Source of the DNA: Nanobdellota archaeon
Lineage (GTDB): Archaea; Nanobdellota; Nanobdellia; Woesearchaeales; JACPBV01
Direction of reading: 5' to 3'
Assembly: GCA_027623355.1 (NCBI GenBank)
Contig: JAQBWB010000001.1
Coordinates: 1 to 36,984 of the forward strand
DNA length: 36,984 bases
Part shown: piece after piece, positions 26,268-34,905 of the stretch
Layout of the letters: each line of letters begins with the position of its first letter
Position numbering within the stretch: the first letter of the stretch is position 1
The notes under the pieces: generated by a model
Told to the model about the DNA's origin: nothing
The model's database searches: none
What the model saw: the letters and a program-made list of their open reading frames with translations, nothing else
Program-made: the position numbers and the translations under genes

Positions 26268-27311
26268 TTAGAGTAGAACTAGGTTCTCGCTTTTAATGAT
26301 TACTTTTTTTTTCTTTCCTTTTAGTTTTTGTACTTGGTCTGAATCATAATCTACAATTCCTTTTGCAAAGTTATTGATGATTACGACATCGTTTTTCTTG
26401 AAGTTTCCTTCTACTTTTTCAATGCCGATTGCTAGCAGACTGACGCGTCCTGATTTGAGGATGTCATCGGCACATTCATTTACTTTTAGTTTGCCTTTTT
26501 CTTTTGCGAACTTGATGAAGCGTTGTTTTGCTGAGAGTTTTTGCAAGGAGATGAAATGGGTTCCTGCTTTTTCGGTTAGTGACTTTCTTATGATATCCTT
26601 TTTCTTTCCGTTTGCGATGATCATGTGAAATCCGGATTCCATTGCTATCTTTGCTGCTTTTATTTTTGTGAGCATTCCACCCACTGCAAATGCTGAACCT
26701 GACTTTCCAGCTGCTTGTTCTATTTCTTTTGTGATTTTGGTTACAATCTTGATTAGTTTTGCATCTTTATTGGTTTTAGGGTTTTTATCGTATAGTCCGT
26801 CTATGTCTGAAAGCATTAAGAGAGTGTCTGCGTTTATTTTTGATGCTACTAGTGCAGACATTTTGTCATTGTCACCGAAACTGGTTCCGATTTCTTTAGT
26901 TGAGATAGGATCGTTTTCGTTGATGATTGGAATTACCTTTAACTCTAGAAGTTTGTTGATTGTGTTTCTCAAATTAAGATATTTATTTCGGTCTGAGAAG
27001 TCTTCATAGGTTACTAGGATTTGTGCTACGTTGATTTTTTTTTGTCCGAATGCGTCGTGGTAATGGCGCATAACAATACTTTGTCCGATTGCAGCAAGTG
27101 CTTGTTGGGTTTTCAACTCTCTTGTTTTTTTTGTTTTGAGTTGTAGTGCGCCTGCACCTATTGCGCCGGAGGTTATTATGATTATTTCGTGTCCTTTTTT
27201 GTGTAATTCTGCTATTTGAGATGTTAGTTGTGTGATGATTGCCGTGTTAAGTCCTACAAGCTTTTCTGTAAGAACATTCGTCCCTATCTTGATAACTATT
27301 CTTTTTGGCAT
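26268..27311 (-). CDS. proB: Glutamate 5-kinase with a C-terminal PUA domain
   Basis: IVIKIGTNVLT amino-acid-kinase N-terminus, GDNDKMSALVA, and a C-terminal PUA-like region. 347 aa. Confidence 0.92.
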   Translation of the reverse strand: MPKRIVIKIGTNVLTEKLVGLNTAIITQLTSQIAELHKKGHEIIIITSGAIGAGALQLKTKKTRELKTQQALAAIGQSIVMRHYHDAFGQKKINVAQILVTYEDFSDRNKYLNLRNTINKLLELKVIPIINENDPISTKEIGTSFGDNDKMSALVASKINADTLLMLSDIDGLYDKNPKTNKDAKLIKIVTKITKEIEQAAGKSGSAFAVGGMLTKIKAAKIAMESGFHMIIANGKKKDIIRKSLTEKAGTHFISLQKLSAKQRFIKFAKEKGKLKVNECADDILKSGRVSLLAIGIEKVEGNFKKNDVVIINNFAKGIVDYDSDQVQKLKGKKKKVIIKSENLVLL

Positions 27312-27332
27312 GGGTTGAAAATAGGTTTAGCG

Positions 27333-27340
27333 TATATAAA
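27333..27340 (-). promoter_or_regulatory. TATA box (tttatata on the - strand) for leaderless proB
   Basis: Lies 21 nt upstream of ATG 27311. Confidence 0.5.
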
Positions 27341-27362
27341 AGTAATGGAAAAAAGAAAATAA

Positions 27363-28676
27363 TTATTTCTTCTTATGCGTAAAGGTTTTCTTGCCTTTTG
27401 CATAATCATCTACGATGTGGTCGATTCCGCGTAATATAAATTTAGTAATTACTAGGCCTTCAAGTCCTACTGGACCTCTAGCGTGGACTTTGTTTGTCGA
27501 TATCCCTACTTCTGCGCCTAGGCCGTATCTAAAGCCGTCTGCAAATCTTGTTGAGGCGTTATGGACTACAGAACTGGAGTCAACGAAATTGATGAAGAGT
27601 TGAGCTTCTAATTTATCTTCTGTTATAATTGCATCGGTATGTCCGGAACCATAGGTATTGATGAAGTCTACTGCTTCGTTTATGGTATCTACTACTTTTA
27701 TGGAGATGATTTCTTCGTTGTATTCAGTTTTCCAGTCTTTCTCGGTTGCTTTTTGTACGTTTCGTAGCGGAATTTTTTTATTCTTCTTGATGATGTTGAA
27801 GGATTTACTGTCGGCGCGAACTTCTACACCCATTTTTAGGAAGGCTTCTGTGATTCTGGGGACAAACTCTTGTGCGACGTCTTTATGCACAACTAGATTC
27901 TCCATTGCGTTGCAGACTGCTGCGTATTGAGTCTTTGAATCCATTGCAATTTTCATTGCCTTATTGAGATCTGCGTGTTTATCCACATAGACATTGCAGA
28001 TTCCTTCGGCGTGGCCTAGTACTGGGATTTTGGTATTATCTTGAATGAATTTTACCATCCCGTTTGAGCCGCGAGGTATTAACAGATCGATAAAGTCGTC
28101 CATCTTGAGGACTTGTTTTACCTCTTCTCTGGTTTCAAGTAGTTGTACCGTATCAGCAGGCATGCATTGATTGTCTTCGATGGAGGTTCTGATGATTTGT
28201 GTTAGTGCTAGATTTGAATGGAGTGCTTCTTTGCCCCCTTTTAGTAGCACGGCATTTCCTGATTTGATTGCTAGAGCTGCAATTTGGACTACTACTTCTG
28301 GTCGTGATTCGAAGATACAGCCGATGACTCCAATGGGCACGGTAATTTTTTCTAGTGTTAAATCGTCGTCTAGCTCCATCTCGGAAATCATTTTTCCGGT
28401 GGGATCTTCTTGTTTTGCAACTGACCTCACCATATCGCACATTTCTTGTATTTTTCTGTCATCGATAACTAAGCGTTTGAGCATGGCAGAAGGTAGTTTC
28501 TTGTTTGCTTGGAGATCTTTCTTGTTGGCAGCTAGGATTTCTTTGCTGTTCTTTTTTAGATCATCTGCTAATTCGTCTAGAACGATGTTTTTTACGTCGC
28601 TGTTTGTGACTGCGATCTTTAGGGCTGCTTCTTTTGCACGCTCACATTGATTGAGAACGGTTTCTTTGAGTGACAT
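27363..28676 (-). CDS. proA: Gamma-glutamyl phosphate reductase
   Basis: ALDH-like fold with IFESRPEV, LIPRGS and the catalytic-Cys motif AVCNAMENLVVH. 437 aa. Confidence 0.93.
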   Translation of the reverse strand: MSLKETVLNQCERAKEAALKIAVTNSDVKNIVLDELADDLKKNSKEILAANKKDLQANKKLPSAMLKRLVIDDRKIQEMCDMVRSVAKQEDPTGKMISEMELDDDLTLEKITVPIGVIGCIFESRPEVVVQIAALAIKSGNAVLLKGGKEALHSNLALTQIIRTSIEDNQCMPADTVQLLETREEVKQVLKMDDFIDLLIPRGSNGMVKFIQDNTKIPVLGHAEGICNVYVDKHADLNKAMKIAMDSKTQYAAVCNAMENLVVHKDVAQEFVPRITEAFLKMGVEVRADSKSFNIIKKNKKIPLRNVQKATEKDWKTEYNEEIISIKVVDTINEAVDFINTYGSGHTDAIITEDKLEAQLFINFVDSSSVVHNASTRFADGFRYGLGAEVGISTNKVHARGPVGLEGLVITKFILRGIDHIVDDYAKGKKTFTHKKK

Positions 28677-28698
28677 GATGTTTTTAGTGAGATGTAGG

Positions 28699-28706
28699 TA
28701 TATAAA
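28699..28706 (-). promoter_or_regulatory. TATA box (tttatata on the - strand) for leaderless proA
   Basis: Lies 22 nt upstream of ATG 28676. Confidence 0.5.
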
Positions 28707-28718
28707 TGTTGTGTGCTC

Positions 28719-29975
28719 CTAGATTAGGTTCACTTTTTTATTGCCTTCCACTACCTTTCCAATCTCGATGCTGTTTTTTAGAAGTGATTTTGCTTTATTT
28801 ACATCTTTTTTCTCTATGATTACTACGAAGCCGATTCCCATGTTGAAGACGCGGAACATTTCTTGTTCTTCTATCTTGCCTTGTTCTTGAATTAATTGAA
28901 AGATTCCTGGTGTTTTCCAGCTGTTCTTGTTGATTTCTACTGAGGCATTATTTGGAAGTATTCTTGGAATATTTTCGATTACTCCTCCTCCTGTGATATG
29001 GGCCATTCCTTTAACGGTAATTGCTTTTTGGAGTTGAGTTATTGATTTGAGATAGCTGCGATGTACTTTTAGAAGTTCTTCACCTAGAGTGCAGTTGAGT
29101 TGAGAGGGTTTGCTGGATAATTTTAATCCGGCATGATCTAATAGGACTTTGAGAGCTAAGGAATAGCCATTGGTGTGTAGGCCGTTACTTGGAAGTCCTA
29201 GAACGATATCTCCGGGTTTAATTGATTCTCCGGTGATGATGTTTGCTTTCTTTACCTTGCCTACAATACAAGAGGCAAGATCGTACTCGCCCTCTTTGTA
29301 GACTCCTGGCATCTCGGCAGTTTCTCCGCCTATTAATGCTGCTCCATTTTCCTTGCAGGCTTTTGCTATACCTTTTACAATTTCTACAATGGTATTTGGT
29401 TCTAATTTTCCGGTTCCAATGTAATCTAGAAAGAAGAGTGGTTTTGCTCCCATGACAAGGATATCATTTACACAATGATTTACTAAATCTTGACCGATGG
29501 TGTCATGCTTTTTGGTTGCAAAGGCTACCTTTAATTTCGTTCCTACACCATCGGTGCTTGCTACTAATGCGTTGTCTCGATCTATTGAATAGAGGCCTCC
29601 GAAGCTACCTACATTTGAGAGTACATTGTTGTTGAACGTTTCTTGGACATATTTTTTCATCTTTTGCACCGCTAGATTTGCAGCATCGATATCTACGCCG
29701 GCTGCTTTGTAGGAAAGTGGTACTACTAGCTTTTTTAGCGCAGGTACTAGGGGGTGATTTTGTATGAGTGTGTAGTAGAGTGCATTCGCTCTTTTTTCTG
29801 AGGATAGCAGCCCCATACCTTCAAGCTCTTTTAGTGCGTCGCAGACTATTTTTGGTGATAGTGAGGTATGATCAATGAGTTCGTTGACATAATAGGGTTT
29901 TGTATCTGCTATAAAGACTGCTAGAATCTCGGTGTATTTACGTTTGAGTAACGTTTCACTTTTTGACATAATCAT
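28719..29975 (-). CDS. purM: Phosphoribosylformylglycinamidine cyclo-ligase (AIR synthetase) fused to an N-terminal winged-helix domain
   Basis: The PurM core starts at SYKAAGVDIDAAN and includes DGVGTKLK, FFLDY and GGETAEMPG. The preceding ~86 aa (YYVNELIDHTSLSPKIVCDALKELEGMGLL...) look like a wHTH. Promoter spacing favours ATG 29969 over 29975. Confidence 0.9.
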   Translation of the reverse strand: MIMSKSETLLKRKYTEILAVFIADTKPYYVNELIDHTSLSPKIVCDALKELEGMGLLSSEKRANALYYTLIQNHPLVPALKKLVVPLSYKAAGVDIDAANLAVQKMKKYVQETFNNNVLSNVGSFGGLYSIDRDNALVASTDGVGTKLKVAFATKKHDTIGQDLVNHCVNDILVMGAKPLFFLDYIGTGKLEPNTIVEIVKGIAKACKENGAALIGGETAEMPGVYKEGEYDLASCIVGKVKKANIITGESIKPGDIVLGLPSNGLHTNGYSLALKVLLDHAGLKLSSKPSQLNCTLGEELLKVHRSYLKSITQLQKAITVKGMAHITGGGVIENIPRILPNNASVEINKNSWKTPGIFQLIQEQGKIEEQEMFRVFNMGIGFVVIIEKKDVNKAKSLLKNSIEIGKVVEGNKKVNLI

Positions 29976-29992
29976 GTAGAAAACAGTAATGC

Positions 29993-30000
29993 TATTTAAA
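29993..30000 (-). promoter_or_regulatory. TATA box (tttaaata on the - strand) for purM
   Basis: Lies 23 nt upstream of ATG 29969. It overlaps the stop region of the upstream PhoU-like gene. Confidence 0.45.
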
Positions 30001-31033
30001 GCTTTTGTTCGGTGTCAGTTCCGAGTACAATTCTTGCTATATTTCTCGTTTCGCGCGTCATTATCTTCATTGATTCGACGATTCTACTTTCAATGATGAA
30101 TGATTTGGGTTTAATCTCTTTGGTTTCTCCCTTTAGATATTGATCTATGTAGGTTTCGAATCCGTTGTCAAGTTCTATTAGTAGTTTTTTTGTCGTTACC
30201 TCGATCTCCAGTGCGATTTCTTTATTCGTGTTGTAATATGATTTCATGGCATCGAGATAGCGCTGCTGGATGACCTGGAAAAGTTCACCCAGAATTCTTT
30301 TGGGTTTTCCTACAAGAAGGATGTTGAGTAAGTCGTTAGCTATTCTTTTTGCTTGATCTGCAATGCGTTCGATTCTGATGGTGAGGCTTCGATGATCTTG
30401 GAGATCTACAGGGCTCATTTGTATCTTGGTTTGATAGGCTGGATTTTGCATAGCGCCACGAACTACGCGATATGCAAGGAAATGGAGTCTGTTCACATCG
30501 GTATCTCTGGTGTGGATATTGGTAACTAATTCTTTTTGTTCTGACTCCTTATTTTCTCCCTCTAGCGATAGGCAGGTGAGCGTATCCTCGATCATGGAGC
30601 GGGTGATGATGTCTATTCTTCTTACGATTTTTTTGATTGAGACTTCATTGATATCCATTAGATCTTTTGCAATGATTTTTTTTGCGGTTTGTTCTAGGAT
30701 CTCCATTCCCGATAGGCTGAGTATTTCGGTGATGATCGCTCTTGCGTCGGTAATGACGCTTTTGCTTACTATTCTGATGGTGGAATAGTTTTGAAGATAC
30801 GCTGTAAATATTTGAGATTTAACCTTCTCAGGATTTTTTTTGTCGATAGTGATGGTGATGGATTTTGCTTTCTTGGGTGCTGAGGTGTGCTGAGGTGCTA
30901 TGGTGAGTGTATGATTGTCTTCATCAACCTCTACGGTGTCTCCTTTTTGGACGCTGTGTTTTGTTGACCAGCTTTTGGGTAGCGTGATTGCTAGAGAATT
31001 CTTACCAAACCCTATCACTTTTCTTGATTCCAT
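29996..31033 (-). CDS. AbrB/SpoVT-domain plus PhoU-like repeat regulator (paralog 2)
   Basis: GFGKNSLAITLPKSWSTKHSVQKGDTVEV forms a swapped-hairpin AbrB-like N-terminus, followed by two helical PhoU-like repeats. 345 aa. Confidence 0.75.
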   Translation of the reverse strand: MESRKVIGFGKNSLAITLPKSWSTKHSVQKGDTVEVDEDNHTLTIAPQHTSAPKKAKSITITIDKKNPEKVKSQIFTAYLQNYSTIRIVSKSVITDARAIITEILSLSGMEILEQTAKKIIAKDLMDINEVSIKKIVRRIDIITRSMIEDTLTCLSLEGENKESEQKELVTNIHTRDTDVNRLHFLAYRVVRGAMQNPAYQTKIQMSPVDLQDHRSLTIRIERIADQAKRIANDLLNILLVGKPKRILGELFQVIQQRYLDAMKSYYNTNKEIALEIEVTTKKLLIELDNGFETYIDQYLKGETKEIKPKSFIIESRIVESMKIMTRETRNIARIVLGTDTEQKL

Positions 31034-31353
31034 TATAATTATTCCATATCTATATAATATTTAATGTTATTATAAAGTTGAATATATCTCACACCCGTAT
31101 ATATATGATATATATGGTATATGGCATGGTATTATATAAATATTTGCCTTATGTTATCTTATGTCTCGTTGGACATTGGGGGATGGGAAAACGAAAGTAC
31201 GGCCATTTCATTGAAATTTGTTTGAACATCTCCTCAACGAGACAGTTTTATTGAAAATCTTGTAAGAGATTTTCAATCTCTCAGACTCGAGGCGAGTACC
31301 TTTACTCCACGTCGGGAATGCCATCGTTCTGAGATATTTAGGAGGTGAAGGAA

Positions 31354-31527
31354 ATGGAAATGGGAAAACCACTAATGGATCATCTTCCGGGAGGGGATGC
31401 ACTTTATTTGGATGTGCCGGAGGTTGCTATTTATTGTGGAGGATGCATGGCTGAAATGAAAGTACACCATGATTTGAATTTCGGCTGCCCGATTTGTGGG
31501 AGGATCTATGATTCGCTTTTGGTATAG
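31354..31527 (+). CDS. Small zinc-ribbon protein (57 aa)
   Basis: AGGAGGTGA lies 5 nt upstream of ATG 31354. Two CxxC pairs are present (CGGC...CPIC). Confidence 0.55.
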   Translation: MEMGKPLMDHLPGGDALYLDVPEVAIYCGGCMAEMKVHHDLNFGCPICGRIYDSLLV

Positions 31528-31623
31528 TATATATACTGGACTTTTGAACTTGCGCAGAAGTTTTGGGGGTTGTGAGTTACAACTTAATAGTTGGTTGTCG
31601 GATGTAGAGATGAGGTGATTTAC

Positions 31624-31716
31624 ATGATTGTTTGTAGAGGTATGATGTGTGTGGACTTGGAGAAGATGGGCATTATGGACGATGAGTTTGTTGATAACGG
31701 CGAAATGGGTGCTTAA
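31624..31716 (+). CDS. Candidate micro-ORF (30 aa, Met/Cys-containing)
   Basis: GAGGTGA lies exactly 5 nt upstream of the ATG. Sequence MIVCRGMMCVDLEKMGIMDDEFVDNGEMGA. Confidence 0.3.
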   Translation: MIVCRGMMCVDLEKMGIMDDEFVDNGEMGA

Positions 31717-31737
31717 ATGAAAAATGAGGTGGATGAA

Positions 31738-31815
31738 ATGGAACCTAAATATTGGAGAGAGATGTTTTTTAATTTTACGCTCAATACTGCTTGCGAGGAC
31801 TTGCAGGATAAGTGA
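31738..31815 (+). CDS. Candidate micro-ORF (25 aa, or 32 aa from ATG 31717)
   Basis: GAGGTGG lies exactly 5 nt upstream of ATG 31738. MEPKYWREMFFNFTLNTACEDLQDK weakly resembles the C-terminal half of the micro-ORF at 19183-19281. Confidence 0.3.
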   Translation: MEPKYWREMFFNFTLNTACEDLQDK

Positions 31816-31861
31816 GCTGGTGGAATAGAGTAGGGGGATGATGCTATGTACAACATAAAAA

Positions 31862-32029
31862 GTATGTGCATAGCATAGTCACTAGCGTTCGTAGGCTGCT
31901 AAAGCAACCATCTTCGAAATTCTCGAAACTATCCATCGAAGGTGCTGTGTCTCCGGAGGGGGCGACCCCTCGCAACGCACCTGCTTCGGAAGGTGAAAGA
32001 ATTTCGACCTTAGGATGCTATGCACATAC
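31862..32029 (+). mobile_element. MITE-like element, copy D (full length, 168 nt)
   Basis: Perfect 15-bp TIRs. The flanking 8-mers cataaaaa (31854-31861) and tataaaaa (32030-32037) match at 7 of 8 positions. It belongs to the same subfamily as copy C. Confidence 0.9.
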
Positions 32030-32045
32030 TATAAAAACAAACATA

Positions 32046-32053
32046 TTTAAATA
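32046..32053 (+). promoter_or_regulatory. TATA box (tttaaata) for leaderless pyrB
   Basis: Lies 23 nt upstream of ATG 32077 and starts 16 nt after the end of MITE copy D. Confidence 0.5.
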
Positions 32054-32076
32054 TCAGTCAGATAACATTATTTTTG

Positions 32077-33003
32077 ATGGTTAAAGGATCCTTCAAAGGG
32101 CGTGATGTTCTCTCAATTAGTGATTTTTCTCGTGAAGATTTGTTACACATTTTATCTGTAGCTGGGCAACTTGAGAAAAAGCCAAGACCTGATTTGTTGA
32201 AAGGTAAAATTATGGCTTCCTTGTTCTTTGAACCTAGCACTCGTACTAAACTTAGCTTTGCAGCATCTATGATTAAGCTCGGTGGCCAGGTTATTGGTTT
32301 CGCTGATGTGAGAACTACTTCGGTTAAGAAGGGTGAAACGTTATGGGACACTACAAAAATGGTGGAGGCGTATAGTGATGTCATTGTTACGCGTAATGAT
32401 GTAGAGGGGGCTCCTCGTCTGATGTCGGAGGCTTCTAGCATCCCTGTGGTGAATGCAGGTGACGGGGCTAATCAGCATCCTACGCAGACGTTACTTGATT
32501 TGTATACGATTCAAAAGGAACATGGGTCGTTTGACGGCATGACCATTGGTTTTGTTGGAGATCTTAAATATGGGCGGACGGTGCATAGTTTGGCTGTCGC
32601 ACTGAGTCATTTTAAATGTAGTATGCACTTTGTTGCTCCTGCTGCGTTGAAGATGCCTGATTCTTACATTACGATGCTTAAGGAGAAGGGCATAACGGTT
32701 GAAGAAACTGATGATTTGGATGCAGCGTGCAAGCATTTTGATGTGCTGTATATGACTCGTATCCAGGAGGAGCGTTTTCCCGACCCAATAGAGTATCAAA
32801 AGTATAAGTCGGTGTATAAGATTGATAAGCGAGTACTTGAGTTGTGCAAGGAATCGGTAAAAATCATGCATCCGTTGCCACGAGTAGGCGAGATTGATCC
32901 GAAGATTGATGAAACTCCTAATGCAATCTACTTTAAGCAGGCTGCTAACGGCATACCTGTTCGTCAGGCGATCTTAGCGTTGGTGTTGGGTGAGTTGGAA
33001 TGA
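32077..33003 (+). CDS. pyrB: Aspartate carbamoyltransferase catalytic chain
   Basis: FFEPSTRTKLSF, HPTQTLLD and MHPLPRV motifs. ATG 32077 is preferred over TTG 32074 on promoter spacing. Confidence 0.95.
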   Translation: MVKGSFKGRDVLSISDFSREDLLHILSVAGQLEKKPRPDLLKGKIMASLFFEPSTRTKLSFAASMIKLGGQVIGFADVRTTSVKKGETLWDTTKMVEAYSDVIVTRNDVEGAPRLMSEASSIPVVNAGDGANQHPTQTLLDLYTIQKEHGSFDGMTIGFVGDLKYGRTVHSLAVALSHFKCSMHFVAPAALKMPDSYITMLKEKGITVEETDDLDAACKHFDVLYMTRIQEERFPDPIEYQKYKSVYKIDKRVLELCKESVKIMHPLPRVGEIDPKIDETPNAIYFKQAANGIPVRQAILALVLGELE

Positions 33004-33461
33004 CCTCTAAGGAAAAGACATTACGGATAGCTGCGATTAAGGAGGGTACGGTTATTGATCATATTCCTGCTGACAAGATATTTACCATAATTCGTGTTTT
33101 GAGATTGGATAAGGCATCGGGTTCGGTTTCTGTTGCCACTAACTTGCCAAGTAAGTTATTGGGTAAAAAGGGCGTTGTAAAGATTGCTGGGCGCGAGTTA
33201 ACTTCTTTGGAGGCTGAGGAGATTGCATTGCTTGCTCCTGAAGCTACTTTAAACATTATTAAGGACTATGAAGTCTCAGAAAAAAGGAAGGTGAATCTTC
33301 CGGAGCAGATTTCGGGTTTCGTTGACTGTATGAATCCTAATTGTATTACTAATAAACAGCCAGTTGCTACTCGTTTTTCGGTTAAGGCGGGAGAGAAAGT
33401 ACGGTTGAAGTGCGATTATTGTGAGCGAGAGATGGGACAGAAGCAAATTAGAATTCTATGA
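33000..33461 (+). CDS. pyrI: Aspartate carbamoyltransferase regulatory chain
   Basis: IKEGTVIDHIP N-terminal domain and a C-terminal zinc site (CMNPNC...CDYC). ATGA overlap with pyrB. Confidence 0.93.
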   Translation: MTSKEKTLRIAAIKEGTVIDHIPADKIFTIIRVLRLDKASGSVSVATNLPSKLLGKKGVVKIAGRELTSLEAEEIALLAPEATLNIIKDYEVSEKRKVNLPEQISGFVDCMNPNCITNKQPVATRFSVKAGEKVRLKCDYCEREMGQKQIRIL

Positions 33462-33498
33462 TTTTTTCTTCCGTTGTGGGCATTAAGGGCTCGATAGG

Positions 33499-33506
33499 TA
33501 TATAAA
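33499..33506 (+). promoter_or_regulatory. TATA box (tatataaa) for leaderless pyrC
   Basis: Lies 22 nt upstream of ATG 33529, which favours that start over ATG 33523. Confidence 0.5.
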
Positions 33507-33528
33507 TGAAGTGTCCTTTTGAATGTAT

Positions 33529-34905
33529 ATGAAATCTACTTTGCTTAAAAATTGCCAGATACTTGTTGAAGGTAAGCTTGAAAAACGTCACTTGTTCTTA
33601 GAGGACCATAAGATTGCCCATATTTCTGAAGAAATTATTGCTGCGGACAAAGTTGTAGATATCAAGGGGAAAATTGTGATTCCTGGATTAATTGATTCCC
33701 ATGTTCATTTTAGAGAGCCTGGTTTGACACAGAAAGAGGATTTGGAATCAGGTAGTCGGGCTGCTGTTAAGGGTGGCATTACAACTGTTATGGACATGCC
33801 GAATACTATTCCTGCCATGATTACGGTTGAGCGCCTTGAGGAGAAGCGAAAGCTAGCAAAAGGTATGTTATGCAACTATGGGTTTCATTTTGGAAGTTCA
33901 TTAGGTAATATTGAGGAGATTAAACGGGTTAAGAACGTTCCTTCGGTAAAAATTTACATGGATAATACTACTGGGGATTTACGGATGACTGACATGGATG
34001 CGATTGGTCATGTTGTCGAACAGGCTGCTTTTTGTACGTTTCACGCCGAGAGGGATAATTTGGAGAAGGCTATCGAGATTGTTACTGACCTTAAGAAGAA
34101 GATGTATGCCTGTCATGTATCGCTTGCTTCTGAGGTTGCGTTGATTAAGAAAAATAAAAATCGAGTGTTTATGGAGGTCTGTCCCCATCATTTGTTTTTA
34201 ACTGAGGCTGATAATGAGCGATTAGAGATGTTACAACATGTGAAGCCTAGCCTCAAGAAGCAGTCTGATCAGGATGCGCTTTGGTCTGCAATTGGAAGTG
34301 GATTGGTAGATACTATTTGTAGCGATCATGCTCCTCATCTGCGTGAAGAGAAGATGGAGAAGGTGATGTTTGGATATCCTGGTGTGGAGACGATGTTACC
34401 GTTATTACTTGATGCTGTTAATAATGGGAGGTTATCTTTAACTAAAGTTGTTGAATTGACCTCTACGAATGCTGCTAAGATTTTTGGTTTGAAAACCAAG
34501 GGTAAAATTGAGGATGGATATGATGCTGATTTGACCGTTATTTCAATGGAACTTACTAGAGTTGTTAAGGCCGAGAATTTAGTTTCGAAATCAGGATGGA
34601 GTCCATTTGAAGGAAAAGCATTAAAAGGTTGGCCGATTGCCACTTATGTAGGTGGAACGCTTGTTTATGATGGCGAATTCCATGAACATCCTGGAAAGGA
34701 AATTACTATTGAACGTCCGAAAGAGCGGGTTAAGGAAGCTGTTGTTGAAGAGGAAGTTGATGAAAAGGTTCCTGAAGAGGAATCTTCTGATGTGCAGGAA
34801 GATGCTGAAGAGCAAGTAGAGGAAACTGAGGAAGAAAAGGCTCCTGAAGGAGAGAAGAATGTAGGTGAATTAAATGAGCAAGAAAATAGCACAGGCACTC
34901 AATGA
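33529..34905 (+). CDS. pyrC: Dihydroorotase with an acidic low-complexity C-terminal tail
   Basis: Amidohydrolase motifs DSHVHFREPG and SDHAPH. The last ~65 aa are Glu-rich (VVEEEVDEKVPEEESSDVQEDAEEQVEETEEEK). The tail overlaps the pyrE start by 32 nt. Confidence 0.9.
   Translation: MKSTLLKNCQILVEGKLEKRHLFLEDHKIAHISEEIIAADKVVDIKGKIVIPGLIDSHVHFREPGLTQKEDLESGSRAAVKGGITTVMDMPNTIPAMITVERLEEKRKLAKGMLCNYGFHFGSSLGNIEEIKRVKNVPSVKIYMDNTTGDLRMTDMDAIGHVVEQAAFCTFHAERDNLEKAIEIVTDLKKKMYACHVSLASEVALIKKNKNRVFMEVCPHHLFLTEADNERLEMLQHVKPSLKKQSDQDALWSAIGSGLVDTICSDHAPHLREEKMEKVMFGYPGVETMLPLLLDAVNNGRLSLTKVVELTSTNAAKIFGLKTKGKIEDGYDADLTVISMELTRVVKAENLVSKSGWSPFEGKALKGWPIATYVGGTLVYDGEFHEHPGKEITIERPKERVKEAVVEEEVDEKVPEEESSDVQEDAEEQVEETEEEKAPEGEKNVGELNEQENSTGTQ

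Noticed and set aside
31174-31200. GGGGATGGGAAAACG as a possible fluoride (crcB-type) riboswitch
   Set aside because: Only the GATGG-like segment resembles the motif as I recall it. The other conserved elements of that riboswitch could not be found, and the downstream gene is not an ion transporter.
31208-31402. 64-aa minus-strand ORF opposite the zinc-ribbon gene leader
   Set aside because: It overlaps the strong SD and start of the plus-strand gene. It has no promoter or SD of its own and lies in a region better explained by RNA stems.
31836-31860. GATGATGC as a C box of a C/D box sRNA
   Set aside because: The last position deviates from RUGAUGA. No D box (CUGA) or terminal stem lies at a suitable distance. 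The similarity to the MITE terminus explains the segment better.
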